This document shows positions 38,785-52,744 of a stretch of 64,000 nucleotides of DNA, in pieces; the stretch's first letter is position 1; each line of letters starts with the position of its first letter. The notes below the pieces were generated by a model. The model saw nothing but the letters and a program-made list of their open reading frames with translations. It was not told the origin of the DNA and made no database searches. Source of the DNA: Octopus sinensis (lineage: Eukaryota); contig NC_042997.1 of the NCBI RefSeq assembly GCF_006345805.1, positions 102,424,001-102,488,000 of the forward strand, read 5' to 3'. The position numbers were made by a program, and so were the translations under genes.

Positions 38785-40490
38785 TGGCAGCTGATTATCT
38801 AAAAAAGACAAAGACTTTTACAGTACACAAATTCAAAGTGGCGGTATAACTGGCTACACCACATCTCGGTTAGCTATGGTTCATCCTTCAAAATGAACAC
38901 CTTCCTCATTAAGAGTGTCAGCTTCAACTTCACAAGCATTTCTGAAGCAGGTAAAGTAACGTGCCTAAAAAATTACCAAATATCATACATTTTTTTTTGT
39001 ATGCATTGATGTCACTCACTAATATGTACCCAACTTCTTGCTCTTGTAGATACATCATCATCATTATCATCATCAACCCCTACTTCTGATACTGCAGATG
39101 AAATTACATTACCAATAGATGAACAAGTTGGCACCTCTAAACAACATCATTCAACTCAGAAAGCAATGAACTTGCTGAAAAAAAAAGAAATTTAAGCAGC
39201 CAATGTCTGCAAACAGCTGAGAGAAGGAGTACTTTTCCCCATTCCATCACAGTCAGGTGTGTACAAAGGTGCTATGAGAGAGGCTGCAAAGATGAAGCAG
39301 GAACTAAAAGAAACTTTAAAATATGACAAGTGGGTGCTCCATTTTGATGGAAAAGTTATGAAGGGTAAAGAAAGACAAGCTGTTGTAGTGAAAAACAACA
39401 CAAGAGAAATTAGATTAGAATGGCACTAACTCTGAAGAATGGCAGAGCAGATACCATTTTTCAAAGACTAAAGGAAGTTTTAGATGATTACGAATTGTGG
39501 CCAGCAATCAAAATGATCATCACAGACACATGTAGTGTAAATACAGGAAAGCATACTGGAATGGTCATTCAACTGCAGAATGAATTTGTAAAGCGTGGAT
39601 ATCCTGCACCTCAATACATTGGTTGCCAACATCATGTGTTAGAGCGCCTCCTAAAACACGTGATGGATGATACACTGAAAGGAAAAACTGCATCACCAAA
39701 TATACCATATCCGTTCATAGATGATTTAATAGAAAACTATGAGGATTTAGTAGCAGAATGGAAACAAGTCGAAGCAAAACTTCAAATGGATGATAATTCA
39801 GGTTGGAAAGATGACCTTCAGTTTTGAACTTGGTCATGCTTTCCGGTTTTAGCAGCAACAAAGCATTTTCCCATTAACTAAGTTTAGAAACTTCCTAGAC
39901 TTAGCAATGCACTTTGGAATTCACAAGCGATCTTGGCCATCCTCACATACATGCTTCTACCACAAAGTAGAGAAAAGCTCTACAACATGTGTTGTTTTAT
40001 CAGCAGAAACTGGATGGAAATGTAGTTTTGTTACCAAAGTTTTGACAGCATGGCCTACCAGAAACTTTCAGAAGAAGTTTCTGGATATACTAAAGCAAGC
40101 AACTGTTTGAAAGTTAATTGGAATCTTAAAGAATCAGTAATTCAAGATGTTCAGTGTTCAAACATATGTGCTGAACATGCAGTAAAATTAATGGAGGAAT
40201 TAGATTGCAGATCTTCTGAAAAATTAACTCTGTGATTTGTTTTAACCAACAAGGATCTTTGAAAACTGCTGTTGTATTAGGCTTCACTTATTACATTAAC
40301 AATGCATAACAGTACGTCTTATTACTTGAACAATAAACACATGTTCATAGCAAAAATGTTGTCAAATATATTGTCATCAGTTTTTTGTGTCAAAGAAAGA
40401 AATGATTATGATTTTTTGTCATTATAACATAAAGTTCACCTTCTGGTACCTTGGCCTTACTCAACTTGAAAAAAGTCATCACCCTAATGG
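38785..40490 (+). mobile_element. Decayed DDE transposase with CxxH motif (superfamily unassigned)
   Basis: WVLHFDGK...IITDTCSVNTG...IGCQHHVLE...SNICAEHAVKLM, broken by frameshifts and stops. TIRs were not confirmed. Confidence 0.75.
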
Positions 40491-41640
40491 TGAGTTGATA
40501 TTGTTGTTTTGGAACAGCTTGGATCTTGAGATATTTGTGATATTAAGATAAAGGTACGGGATGTAAACAGAAGTGAAGGTGATGCCTTCAGACTAATAGC
40601 TGTCTATGTTGTAAATGGAAAAAGATATCCAGATTTCTTCAAATGTCTAAAAGCAATTTTCGAACATCCTGCTCTTTAGTACTATGGGAAACTGGAATAG
40701 CATTTTAGATGCATAGTGGGTTTAAGAGTGGTGTATAAAAACCTCACAAAACTGCTCAGGCAGTTACAACTGCCTGCCATGTATCAACTGGATTTCTCAA
40801 ATGCACCAGTGTAGACAAAGAACCACCACTAGATCATCTAAATTGTATCTAGACAGGGTATTTGTTACATTGGGGGATAAAGATAGTGCCAAATGTCCAG
40901 CTTCAACTGATTGGTTACGCAAACTACAAATTTGTGATCTGCACAGTTAACTTAGAATGCATAGACAAGGATACAGCTACTAAGAGATTAATGCATCATT
41001 CCCAGTAAGCAAAGCTTACAGTGGCTGGATTAGCAAATTAGTTAAGCAGAAGTTGACAGGAGCAACTATTAATAACTGGGTATAGCATTCTAAAGAGAGT
41101 GATTATAAAAGTAGATCAAGAGAACTAGAGCACAAATGATAAGAGGTGATTAGGAAAAGTATCATGACAGATGTGCTAGTGGTGAGACCGGCTCTCAATC
41201 GTTTCTTCAAAATGAAACATAAAAGATACATTGTCAGGATTAAGTGCTTGCTCACTTCAATATACTATGGTATTTGCATGGCAGTTAAAGCTAATGACCA
41301 CCAACTGAAACTGCTTTAAATCATATACTCAGTCTACCAAAGATAATTTTCTATATGTACTGAATCACAAGTCGCCCCTGTGGAAACTGGCAATGTTGAG
41401 AAACATCTGATTTGAACAGTGATGCAGAACTGTTTCTACATATATGGATAACATCACCATAATGGTATCAGACACTACAGATGTTATGGTAATAGACACC
41501 ATTCTAAAGAAATATGAGTAACCCTAAGAAATCAGTGGGCTTGTCATCTGGCACCTAGAGAAACAATGAACAGGAACTGAGACAAGGTTATGAATAATCT
41601 ATCTCACACAGAAATGGGCTGAGTAGGGAAAGGTTGGACA
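40490..41640 (+). mobile_element. Degenerate Tx1/L1-like LINE (AP endonuclease region)
   Basis: Fragments FRLIAVYVVN and YLDRVFV. Confidence 0.45.
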
Positions 41641-43149
41641 GAGGTGATAAATATGTAAAATGCATCTGTTGAATATTACTAACCAATTATGTACAGGTGC
41701 GACTGTGTGGTTAAGAAACTTGCTTCCCAACCATGTGATCCAAGGTTCAGTCCCTCTCTCAGTATCTACTTGTCAGCATTTTGCCCATCTTTATGTTATG
41801 AGATCAAATTCTACCAAGGCCTATTTTGCCTTTCATCCTTTTGGGATCAATAAATAAAGTACCAGTTGAGTACTGGGACTGATGTAATCAACTTAACCCT
41901 TCCCCAAAAATTTCAGGTCTTATGCCTATAGTAGAATGGATTGTTATTATTATTATTATTATTATTCATCGTGTAGGTTTTAATATCCAACTCAGTCATT
42001 TACTAAGACCAACCACAGAGAGGGGGCTGTGGAAATGAAATAAACTAAAAGTAACACTAATGGTGACACCTCCCAGAATGGCTACAGGCAAAGGTTGGAA
42101 CAGTAAAAAGAGTAAGAATCATTTATATCTAAACAAGTGGTCTGACAAAAATTTTGGTACAATTTCTGACTTTCTCATTTGAACCATAGAATATTCCATA
42201 TAAGGAGCCATCTGTTGCCAGCACTTGTCTCAATTAACATCTGGCAGATTGGGAGGTCAACTATCTTGGCTCCAAGTAATTTTATATGCTACAGTTATTA
42301 TCTTCCTCATTCATCAGCCAAATATTTAGCATTTCTCTTACTTTGTGATTAACCACAGATGCTATTTTGAGCCATGTTCATACAATGTTGGTCTGGGACT
42401 AAAATGTCTGGTTTCCCAGGGGAGCAAAATAGTTTTAAAATTCAAGCCTGAACCCATCCTACAACTGATGATAGCCTTTAGACAAGAGATGTCCAAACAT
42501 CTGGATTGTAACTTAAGAATTGACTCATACGTGTAGACAAGGTTTCATTATTATTATTATATTAATATCAAATTTCAGAATGAAGTAAAGAAGTTGAAGA
42601 AAATTCAAGTTGGTTGTGTCCTATCGGGATTGCTTTCTGAGATTCGCCAACACTACATTACTGCATATACTCTGACAAGTTGTGGTGCACCTGAGCACTG
42701 TATACAATAATTTCATTATTATTATTATTATTATTATATAGCATGCACAGCTGACAAAATCCAGCAACAACCAATCAAAATGTAGTCCAGTAAGTGCAAA
42801 TTTTGGCCATCATATCTGTTATAACAAGAATTGGATAAGAAATTTTATAATACCTACATGGCTATTGGTATAACACTATTGTGTTGATTTTTTTTTAATC
42901 TTATATCAATAATTCTTGAATAAGCCAGTAACTCTACAGCTCTCCAGATAAGAAGGAACAGAATTACCATGTACATATTAATCAACTTCAATTTAGTCAG
43001 CTAAAGGTGTGTTTTACAAGGCAATGTCTTATGTATTTACAGACAAATATATATTACATACACAACAAAAATGCATGTAAAATATGTACTAAAATCCAAT
43101 GAACAATAAAAATGTGTTGTACAAAATCCAACAATTTGATATGTAATGA

Positions 43150-44100
43150 GTGGTGAAGAGGATGATAAAAATCTACAAGCAATTAATTTAATATGGCATG
43201 AAGATTGGATGTTGATTACCACAGAGAGAATTCAGGTGATGACAGTTAAGAAAATAATCAATAATCAGGACAAAAACAGAGTCACATTAGATGTGGCTCC
43301 AACTGCATTGCTTCGATATAATGAGGGATCTTATTCACTGACTGTAGATGAAAAGAGTAAGTGTCAAAGTGAAAATTATCACATCCCACAGTTTAAAGAA
43401 TATCCTTGCTGAAGTCTTTAAAGTTTATTTTGATATCTCTGTAGCCAAGTGTACATCAGAATGTTTCTAAAATTTAGTTATGTGTAAAGTTTATTTGCAA
43501 GACTGGAAAAGTGCAATCATAAAGTTAGATTTTTTTATGGTTCCTATTAGAATCATCTAGATGAATGATGCCACAAAAAATTTGGCCATTAACCTCTTCA
43601 ATCATTTCTACTATGCTAGAGAGGTACATACTCAACCTCTGCCATTATTATGGATGTGCTGTCCCAAATTTTAAACTCTAATGCTTTTTAGAATAGAGAT
43701 AGTCATTACAACAGCCATAAACTTTGCATTTATGGAGTTAGTGGATGCCTCCGAATTAGTGAATAATTAAGCTACTGTAGAGTAGTATGGAAACGGATGG
43801 TAAGACACTGAAACTACTCAAGCAAAAAAGTATATCAATAATTCTAGCAATTGACCAAAAACAGAACAAAGAAGTAAGGAATATGTTTATGGTCTAAGTG
43901 GTGTTCAACAAAGTTGTACATTACTGCTGACTGTATTCAACCTTATGACTCACTGGAAGCCATTTACAGCTTAAGCTGAATACTATAGAGTTCGCCAGGG
44001 ACCTTGATGATGTCAGCAACATTATTCTCCTGAGCTTGTCTTAATGCTGATCTTCTGGTCATATCAGATGAGCTCAAGAATGTTTCAAGGTAAATTAAAC
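43150..44100 (-). mobile_element. Degenerate LINE RT remnant (RTE-like)
   Basis: Fragments resembling KA.G.D.I.A.IIK and DF.KAFD motifs, with many stops. Confidence 0.4.
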
Positions 44101-47100
44101 CTGAAAATCAAAGCAATCCAAACCAATATCCTGTTAATTGTCTTTACATCATCATCATCATCGTTTAACGTCTGCTTTCCATGCTAGCATGGGTTGGACG
44201 ATTTTACTGAGGTCTGGCAAACCAGATGGCTGCACCAGGCTCCAATCTGATCTGTCAAAGTTTCTACAGCTGGATGCCCTTCCTAATGCCAACCACTCCT
44301 AGTGTGTAGTGGGTGCTTTTACGTGCCACCAGCACGAGGGCCAGTCAGGCAGTACTGGCAACGGCCACGCTCAAATGGTGCTTTTTATGTGCCACCTGCA
44401 CAGGAGCCAGTCCAGCTGTACTGGTAAACGACCTCGCTCGAATGTTTTTTCCCGTGCCTCCAGCACAAGTGCCAGTAAGGCGACGCAGGTTACAATCAGG
44501 CTCAAATGGTGCTTTTTACATGCCACCGGCACGGAAGCCAGTTTGTTGCACTGGCAACGATCATGCTCGAATGGCAAGTGAATATAAATGCATTCTCACA
44601 ATTACTAATATTCATTTAAGAGAAGCACAACAATTTGTGAAACTGGATCCTTTTTCATGCTAACTTTTTAAATCAAAGCATGAAAATGAGAGTTGCATCA
44701 ATGTAGCTCATATTACCCACTGAAAGTTCTGCTCAAAATCCAGTGACTCCTAATCACTGATAATTCTCCTCGGTAGCTATGAAATTTGAACTTTCTCTGG
44801 ATTGAGGACCCCTGTCACCTGAAGGTATTTCACAATTAGTGCCTGAGAATAATACAATGTATTTACCACACTGACAAGTGTGAATGTAATTTCCAAGTAT
44901 GTAGCTCAGGGAAGAGAAGAGTCATTATCTACATTGGTTTGGTAACCATGTTGACATTCAACACTTTTGTTCAAGCTGCATTATTCCAACTCTGTGCTTG
45001 AATTAACAGAGATATTGTGTTGGGCAAGTGAACAAATGGCTACAGGTCATCAAGAAAGATTTTGCATTAATCAGGGCTTTAATAACCAGCCTCAAGTGCT
45101 GGAGCAAGTACTGGTTTTGAATTAGGGTCTAAGCCACAAACAGATGGCAGTGGATGGCAGTTCTTGTTTAACATTAAATTAGACCTGACTGACCAAACTT
45201 ATAATCAAGAGTACTCCAGCCATGATCATCCCATCTAATTCTTTTTTTTTTTCAGACAGTCCATCTAAACCAACATTATCCAATGTGTCCTTCCATTTCA
45301 GATTGTAGGGAGTTACTTAACATAAATTCAGCTGCTTTTTCTAACATGTCAAGTGACTATGTAGAGGTTTTTTCAGTGGCTAAAGTTTAACAACTATTCC
45401 ATGTGCAAGTCAATGTGAAAGAACTTGGCTAAGCTTGCAATACTAAGTAACATGTAAAAGCTTTAATATTAAACAATTCAATACAGTCACCAGTTAATTT
45501 ATTTTTCATGGCTTAAGATGTGTCAAATGAGCTTAGAAGTGAGGAGCAAAGCCATTGTAGTAGGGATAGGTAAGGTAGGAAAAATGACAGTATTTGTTTA
45601 TGGGTCTTACTTGAACTTTGTAATAGTCCAAGTATTAATCAGTGCAGACATATTTTCTGGTCTTGAAAATAAAGGTTACCTTTGGGAAAGTTTCTGCTAT
45701 GTTATGTATGTGAGGTCATCTGGAAAAATCATTAGTGTTTATAAGGCCAGGTATTTGTGGCAACTTCTAAGATTTTAATTGCATGAAATTAATGCCATTC
45801 AGAAGAAAAGGTACAAAATTTTCTCAATAAGAGAAGTGATTTTATCTTTAAGAGAGACAGGATTGTTCATCTAACAAGTGTCAGCATGGGATGTATATAA
45901 TAAAACAATAAAGATGACAATGAAATTACCACATACATGGTTGAAAGAATAAATCTCACAATAATTTAACTTGAAATGCAATATTAGCAATGCACATATT
46001 GAAGTATTTAACACATTTCTTTTCAGTTTCAACCCTTTCACTGTAGAAATCAGATATATCCTCTAAAAATTTCATTACCCCGAACTGCAGAAAGCAATTA
46101 TCTTTTGTTGAGGAATGTCGTTTGATACTACTTTTTGTTGAGATAAGTCAAGTTTGAGGCAACGTAACATGCTGAAAATACCAATTTTATATTTTGGTAC
46201 ATATTTTAACATCATTACTGGAATAACCATTAAACTTATTTCGCAGTTAATGAGTTAATAGCTCATTTACAACATCCAATCGCAGTTCGTTTGAGATTGA
46301 TTACAAACAGATCCACAAGTTAATTTGTATGAAAACCCAATTTTACTCTACTGGGAAATGTCCAGAAATATATATATAATCTACTATTATTGGAATGCAA
46401 CATAATTTCACTTAAATTTATCACTCATCGTTCCAATCTTCAAGTTCCTCCGACTATGCACTTAAAGCATGTAAATATCCAGTTCTAATCTATGGAGAAT
46501 AGAAAGTGCATACTATCTACCAATACTGATTAATGATTTTTCTATCTTTAGGCAATAAGTCATTGATATTTTCCAACTGCTGGTTGTAGGCTCAAGGTAT
46601 TTAATATCATCACCTGTCATCTTTAGTAGAGTCCATTCGGTTGCAAGAATATGGACAAGGTCTTCGGATTGAAGGTAATTTCTCTCCTACCTTCCACAAG
46701 TAGCGGCCCTGTAAAGGGTCATGAGCACTACTCTACTCGACTAAAGATTGAAAAATAGCTTTTGAGTTACGATTGTCGTCTAATTCCGTATCAAAGGGCT
46801 TGCTTGTTGCATACACACACATACATACATGCATACGTAAGATATAAGCTATAAAACACACATATACATACATAAGATAAAAGCTACAAAACCTGAATTT
46901 TAAGAATGTAACTGATCCCGCGTAAGCACTCCAGACGAAAGAATAGGCTATCACAAAGTTAATTAAATTCCCATGTAATTTAACTGGACTATACCGAAAA
47001 TCTTAGACATACAAACAGTAAATTTCCTTGTGGAGTGAATAATAAGCAAATAAAATGGGGAGAAGTATTGACACAGATATATGTATATCGCAAAAATATT

Positions 47101-48578
47101 ACATACTTCAAACAAAAATATAGGTTTAAGAGATCGCAAAAATATTACACACTTCAAACAAAAATATAGGTTTAAGAGATTTTTATGAGAGCACATTCTA
47201 GAAAAGGATTTTCAAAATCATTGAATATTTATTTCTCATTCCTGAATGAGATATGCCATTACTACTTTTTTAATACAATTTCTTCCTGCTTAAGAATTTA
47301 AGTTCTCTGAGGATTGTTGATGTTGTTATACGTCGGAAAATTAATTTATATTTGGGGAGGTGGGGAAAACATTACACTATCAGGCAATCGAAGGGACATA
47401 ACTATAACTTGTCTGTAATCCTCACCACAACTACAATATGGTTTAATAAACAAAAACACATATTCTAATCAAATCTATATTTGGGTGGGGGTTGTAATTT
47501 TTCTTTTAAGACGACCGATATTTCAAATTACATAATATAATAATAATGTCAAGGCAATCCTGTCGAGGTATGTCTTACATTCCAGACTATCAATTATCCT
47601 GAATACTAGAGACTATCAATTATAATGAATACATCATTGAGTTTGAGGATATTTTGGTTACAAAAATTTAAATAAACAAATAAACAGAAACATTAATAAA
47701 AACAGTTTTCTGGCAGTCTCAGAGGGAATCATTAAGAAATTGGATATAGAAAATAATTATATAATATCAATAAAAACAAAAACATTTAAGTGTAAAGACA
47801 TTAACGCTAGTATCGGAAATTAATTACTCTAAAACTAATTACTTAATCTCATTTTGAAGAAGAGTATACGTCATTCCAAATGGTAGAAATAATAACCAAA
47901 TCTCCCTCAAATCACATCCTATGAGGACGAAGGACATGTCTTTGATACACATCAAAAGATGGGTGGCCACAATTGGAATGCTTTGTATCGTAGATTTGTT
48001 TGGTCAGGTGACCCGCGGATAAACAACATGAATGCAAAATATAAACTGGGGATATATTTTATCTTATCTGTTTTCACGACAACGATATACGAGTTAACAT
48101 CATCAGAAAATGTTTATGACGCCTGGAAATAAAAATTGTTTATATTTGTTTTGTTTGTTTTTTAGTAAACATTTGCGTCATCCAATGAATGACTTCATTT
48201 ATTTCATTAAAACTTATCGCCCAAATATTTTACAGTATTTCAAATTTTAAATCATTTATCTATACTATATCTCCATTACATTTGTTATTTCTTATTATAT
48301 ACATATATATAAATATATATTTAAGAAGACGAAGAGCAGAAACGGTGTTGCAGTGAACTGAAAATAAATAAGATTCGAGTTCAGATCCCGCCAGGGTCGA
48401 CTTTGTCTAACAAACTTCCGGGTTGAGATAAAGGTACCAGTCACGTACTGAGGTTGATTTACTCACCTACAACCCCCACCTAAAGTTTGTAGCCTTGTGC
48501 CAATGCTAAACAAGTTAATATTTACATATTTTAATTTAAGAAAGAAAACTAGAGAAGAACTAAAATTTAATAGCAAAC

Positions 48579-48654
48579 CTTTATATTTGAAGGATGAAGG
48601 CACCAGATAATCATCATTAACTTCAATGCGAAGAATTGCCAGCGATACGAGCAT
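48579..48654 (-). CDS. BRAP: BRAP coding exon 1 (MLVSLAILRIEVNDDYLVPSSFKYK)
   Basis: Resembles the vertebrate BRAP N-terminus (MSVSLVVIRLELAEHSPVP...). Ends at a phase-1 donor G|GTTTGC. Confidence 0.85.
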
Positions 48655-48721
48655 CTGTGATTTAGTAAATAGTTTCAACGCAAAAAGACATTAAATTTAT
48701 GCCTCATTTACAACACAAGCT

Positions 48722-48734
48722 GGCCGCCATTTTG
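48722..48734. promoter_or_regulatory. YY1-type motif near the BRAP start
   Basis: GGCCGCCATTTTG matches the YY1 consensus and lies about 70-80 bp upstream of the BRAP ATG. Confidence 0.6.
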
Positions 48735-49561
48735 TTCAGTTCTCATGGGTTGACTACAAAATCTAAAATTGAGAAACGTTTTTCGTTTTATTTTACTAGA
48801 AAACATTAGCAAATTTAGCAAATATTTCCAACATTTTCTGATGTAAGATAATATATCTAGCGTGTCAATTACTTAATATTTTAGAACATCGTTAATAATA
48901 TTCATTCAGACCTAATGAATAAAAATTATTCCGCAACTAAAACTGAAAAGAAACACTATGATACAGGGTTTTTCTGAAAAGCCGTTGTTAAAAACAAATT
49001 CAACAACAGCAAAATATTGTATTGTAAAAATGTGTAATATTAATTTGATTTCAATAAATACTGATTGGAAAGATTTACACGTAGGTTGCGAGGTTTAAAA
49101 ATTCGATTAAATTATACATTTCCAAAGTTATCTATCAACTATGATAGTTCTCAGTTATTCAGCAACTAAATTACCACCTATCAATTTTAACCAGCGAATG
49201 TTTGTTTTGCAAATTTCCTTTAAAAGAATAAATTACATTTTTCCGAAGATAAATACAATGTGTGTGTATGTGTGTTTGTGCGTGTGTGTGTGCGTGTGCG
49301 TGAGTGTGTGTATGTAGTACCTGTCAAAAATGACGGGGTTTATTTGGAATATAGTATGGAAGCTTAAATTTTGCATAATGGCTTGCAAACAGGTTACCAA
49401 AGCAGTATTTAGAAAAGTAGGGATATTATAGAATACATCATCATAGATAATACACTAACACGTATACGAAAGATTCAAGTACACGCACACATATGCAAAT
49501 AGATACATTCCTGTGTATGCATACGTATATATGTGCGTGTGTGTGTGTATTATAAACATAC

Positions 49562-49980
49562 AGGCGCAGGTGTTTCTGTGTGGTAAGTAGCTTGCTTCCC
49601 AGTCATGGTTCCTGGTTCAGTCCCACTGTATAGCACCTTGGTCAAATGTCTTCTACTATAGCCTCAGGTCAACCAAAGCTTTCTGAGTGGATTTGGTAGA
49701 TAAAAACTGAAAGAAGCCCATCGTATGTGTGTGTGTGTTGGTGTGTTTGTGTATATATATATATATACATATGTGTATGTGTCTTTGTGTTTGTCCCCCA
49801 TCACCACTTGACAACTGGTATTGGTGTGTTTATGACACCCCAAAACTTAGTGGTTTGGCAAAAGAGACCAATAAAATAAGTACTAGGCTTAAAAAAAGTA
49901 AGTCCTAGTGGCGATTTATTTGACTAAAATCCTTCAAGGCAGTGCCCCTGCGTGGCCACAGTCAAATGACTGTAACAAGA
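49562..49980 (+). mobile_element. Abundant tRNA-derived SINE family (representative copy)
   Basis: Head ..GTGTGGTAAG..GCTTGCTTCCC..GGTTCAGTCCCACTG, an internal (TG/TA)n and a conserved tail. More than 12 further copies occur, e.g. near 1.1-1.4, 9.4, 19.8, 21.2, 32.2, 36.3, 52.2, 56.4, 58.0 and 59.8 kb. Confidence 0.8.
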
Positions 49981-50399
49981 TAGTAGATAAGATACAAACA
50001 TATTTATATATATAAAGGTGATCTTGCTGAATATGTTCACAAGAACAATGTTTTTTTTACCTCTGCTCTCTGGTACAAAATGAAACCAACATATCATTAA
50101 AAATGAGTTAAAGAAAATAATTTTCAAAAACAAAAAAAAACTCTCAAATAACAGATCTCTCTCCAAAAAGTTGATGTCTATTCATCTGTTAGTTTTAACA
50201 AAACACTTATGTGGTGCTGTTTTCATTGTTTTACATATCTCATAGTAGACTGTATTGTTCCCCAGTGAAAATAAGTTTGTTGTTCTAGACATCAACAAAG
50301 TTTTTGTTTTGCTGATGTCTGGCATGCAGATCTCCTATAAAAACTTCCTGTATACAAGCTCTGCTTTTTTCTCATGTCTTGGATCAATAGCTTCTTATC

Positions 50400-50690
50400 A
50401 GATTGCAACATTGTGGTAAGTGTTGACTGAGCTCTCTCTGCCTCATTCTCAGTCAATTCTGGTGTTCCCTAGGATTCAGTTCTGTTCCTCAATCTCTTCT
50501 TTCTATACGTCAATCACCTATTGGCACCTCAGTTGCCAATGCCCACTTTTATGTAGATTATATGACTTTTCATAACATGACTCCCTAACCTTCCATAACC
50601 CTGAATCTTCCACATACAACCTAGACATTTCATGCCAAACCTGCATTAATCCTATAAAACACAGACTTTGACAGCATCCTCCAAGGTAGC
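50400..50690 (+). mobile_element. Degenerate LINE RT fragment
   Basis: GVP*DSVL..LF..Y.N.L resembles GVPQGSVLGPLLF. Confidence 0.5.
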
Positions 50691-50714
50691 AAGACAAGTC
50701 AATCATATGTGTGT

Positions 50715-50797
50715 GTATGTATGTATGTATGTATGTATGTATGTATGTATGTATGTATGTATGTATGTATGTATGTATGTATGTATGTATGTATGTA
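50715..50797. repeat. (GTAT)n tetranucleotide microsatellite
   Basis: Directly visible. It explains the MYVC-repeat ORFs. Confidence 0.95.
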
Positions 50798-50999
50798 TAT
50801 GTAAGTATTTATATATTTATGTATATGTGTGTCTGTCTATATATGGGACCAGCACCAACAGGGTCACCAAGTACCTTGCGAGACAAAACCCCTCAACTTG
50901 GAGTGGGGAGTAGTAGTGATAGCAGAGCTGGCTCAAGATACCAGAAACTTGGGCAGTTGCCCAGGGCACCATGTGCTAGGGGGCACCAAGGAGGGCATG

Positions 51000-51780
51000 A
51001 CAAAGACAACAAAGTTTCCATGACTATCAGCTTGTACATGCCAAACTTCAGCTTACCCAGGGTGCCAACAACCCTAGGGCTGACCCTGAGTGATAGGGAA
51101 TGACTTTGTACCTGTTGAGAGATTAAAATTATAGAGGGAAAAAGATAGGTGTTTTGTTGTAGAGTAGATTCATGGATACCTCCAGTTGGAAAAGAAAGGA
51201 GAGTGAGAGAATAAGATAAAGAGAGCAATAGTGAGAGAGATGATGGTGAAGATGTGTCAGGACATGTCCTCGTGTGTCATTGAAGGTTGCAAGAATAAAT
51301 GAGGTAATACAGAGGTTTGGACTGGGTGAATGGCCAGGATAGAGGTGACTATGGCAAATGATAGAGTAAAATATAGGAGAGGCTCGAGAGGCGTGGGGGG
51401 AGGGGTGGTTGCAGTAGGTATCCGAGGGCACTGAGGGTGATAGCAGGATGGAGAAGAACATAGGGGAGAGAAAATACAGAAAGGAGATGATTAGAGGAGA
51501 TAGTGGGCAGTGGGGGACAATCAGAAATGGAAGTGGCTTCAGGTAAGGGAAGAGAAGTAGCTGAAAAATCCAGAGTGGAGTAGTGTATGTCTATTCTGCT
51601 CTCGGGTGATGGAGTGGTGATGAGTATTAGGGGATGAAATGTGGAGGGGGAAAAGGTTGATGATGGGGCAGAGAAGATAGAGAAGGGGTGGGGCAGAGCC
51701 TCTCACAGACAAGCATTATCAAGGTCATTTTAGGATATCAATTCTGCTATGGTGGAAAGGGCTTCTTGAACACAACAAAT
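51000..51780 (-). mobile_element. Possible degenerate Penelope-like fragment
   Basis: Weak similarity (HLYPGHS, PTGGIHE) to the C-terminus of Penelope-like elements. Confidence 0.35.
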
Positions 51781-52614
51781 GTCAGATATCTCAGTCCTTT
51801 GTTGTCTCCTTCATAAGGCTCACCATTTTGAAATTGGCCTTCAATATTTTGTCCCAAGTTCCATCCACTTTAAGTGATTGCCTCTTCTTTTTTGCAATTG
51901 CCCTCATCCATTCATGTTACATGATGAAACCAGCACATTCTTCTCTCTTGCACATTGCATCTAATTCCTCTTATACCTAACTTTTCATTCAATCCGCTAG
52001 TGCTTTGTCGCACATGTACTCTGACATTGCACATCCAGCAGTGTATACAAGGTTCAATCCTCTCAAGTTTTCACATGCCTTCTGCATTCAGGGCCCATGT
52101 TTCACTACCAAAGATATACTACTTCAGTACATAACATATATATATAAGGCTGTGTGGTAAGAAGCATGCTTCCCAACCACAGAGTTTTGGGTTCAGTTCC
52201 ACAGTGTGGCACCATGGGCAAGTATCTCCTACTTCAGCCTCTGGCTAACCAAAGTCATGTGAGTGAATTTGGTATACAGAAACTGAAAAAAGCCCATCAT
52301 ATGTATATGCATATACAATATATATATATATATATGCTATATACATATGATATATATATATATATACACTTATAAATTTCACATGGGTAATTCTTTCTTG
52401 TCTTGAGATTCACAGTCAAACGGCTGGGTGGAATTCCGCAAAAAATTGCACAGGTTTGTAGAATGATGTGGTTGTGATGCTGGGTTTTGTACGTTTCTCA
52501 TAGTTCCTATGGTTACCGAGATAATCTACTACAATACTACTTTTGTTTTAATAATTTGTCTTAGTAATTTCCTGTTGTTTAACGATAATTTCCATAGCAT
52601 ATTTTGATTGCCTC

Positions 52615-52675
52615 AATAACTGATGAGATGCCGGAGCAGGTTTCCACCCCGACATCCAAAACTCGGAGTCTTATT
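52615..52675 (+). ncRNA. Decayed type I hammerhead ribozyme
   Basis: AATAA-CTGATGA-GATGCCGG...CCGACATC-CAAAAC-TCGGA-GTC-TTATT. The GAAA core reads AAAA. Confidence 0.65.
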
Positions 52676-52744
52676 ATGCCAACCGAATAATTATCACATA
52701 TTTTTTATAGATATATATATGATATATGATATATATATATATAT

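Noticed and set aside
43146-43412. Plus-strand 88-aa ORF that looks globular
   Set aside because: It lies antisense to degenerate LINE RT motifs and has no recognisable homology.
46500-46960. Candidate BRAP exon 2 or Ulp1-like protease fragment (MTGDDIKYLEP)
   Set aside because: The true exon 2 was found at 36514-36690. The protease resemblance is only a few residues with no catalytic motif.
50668-51103. MYVC-repeat and other YI/CV/poly-His ORFs across the window
   Set aside because: These are translations of microsatellites.
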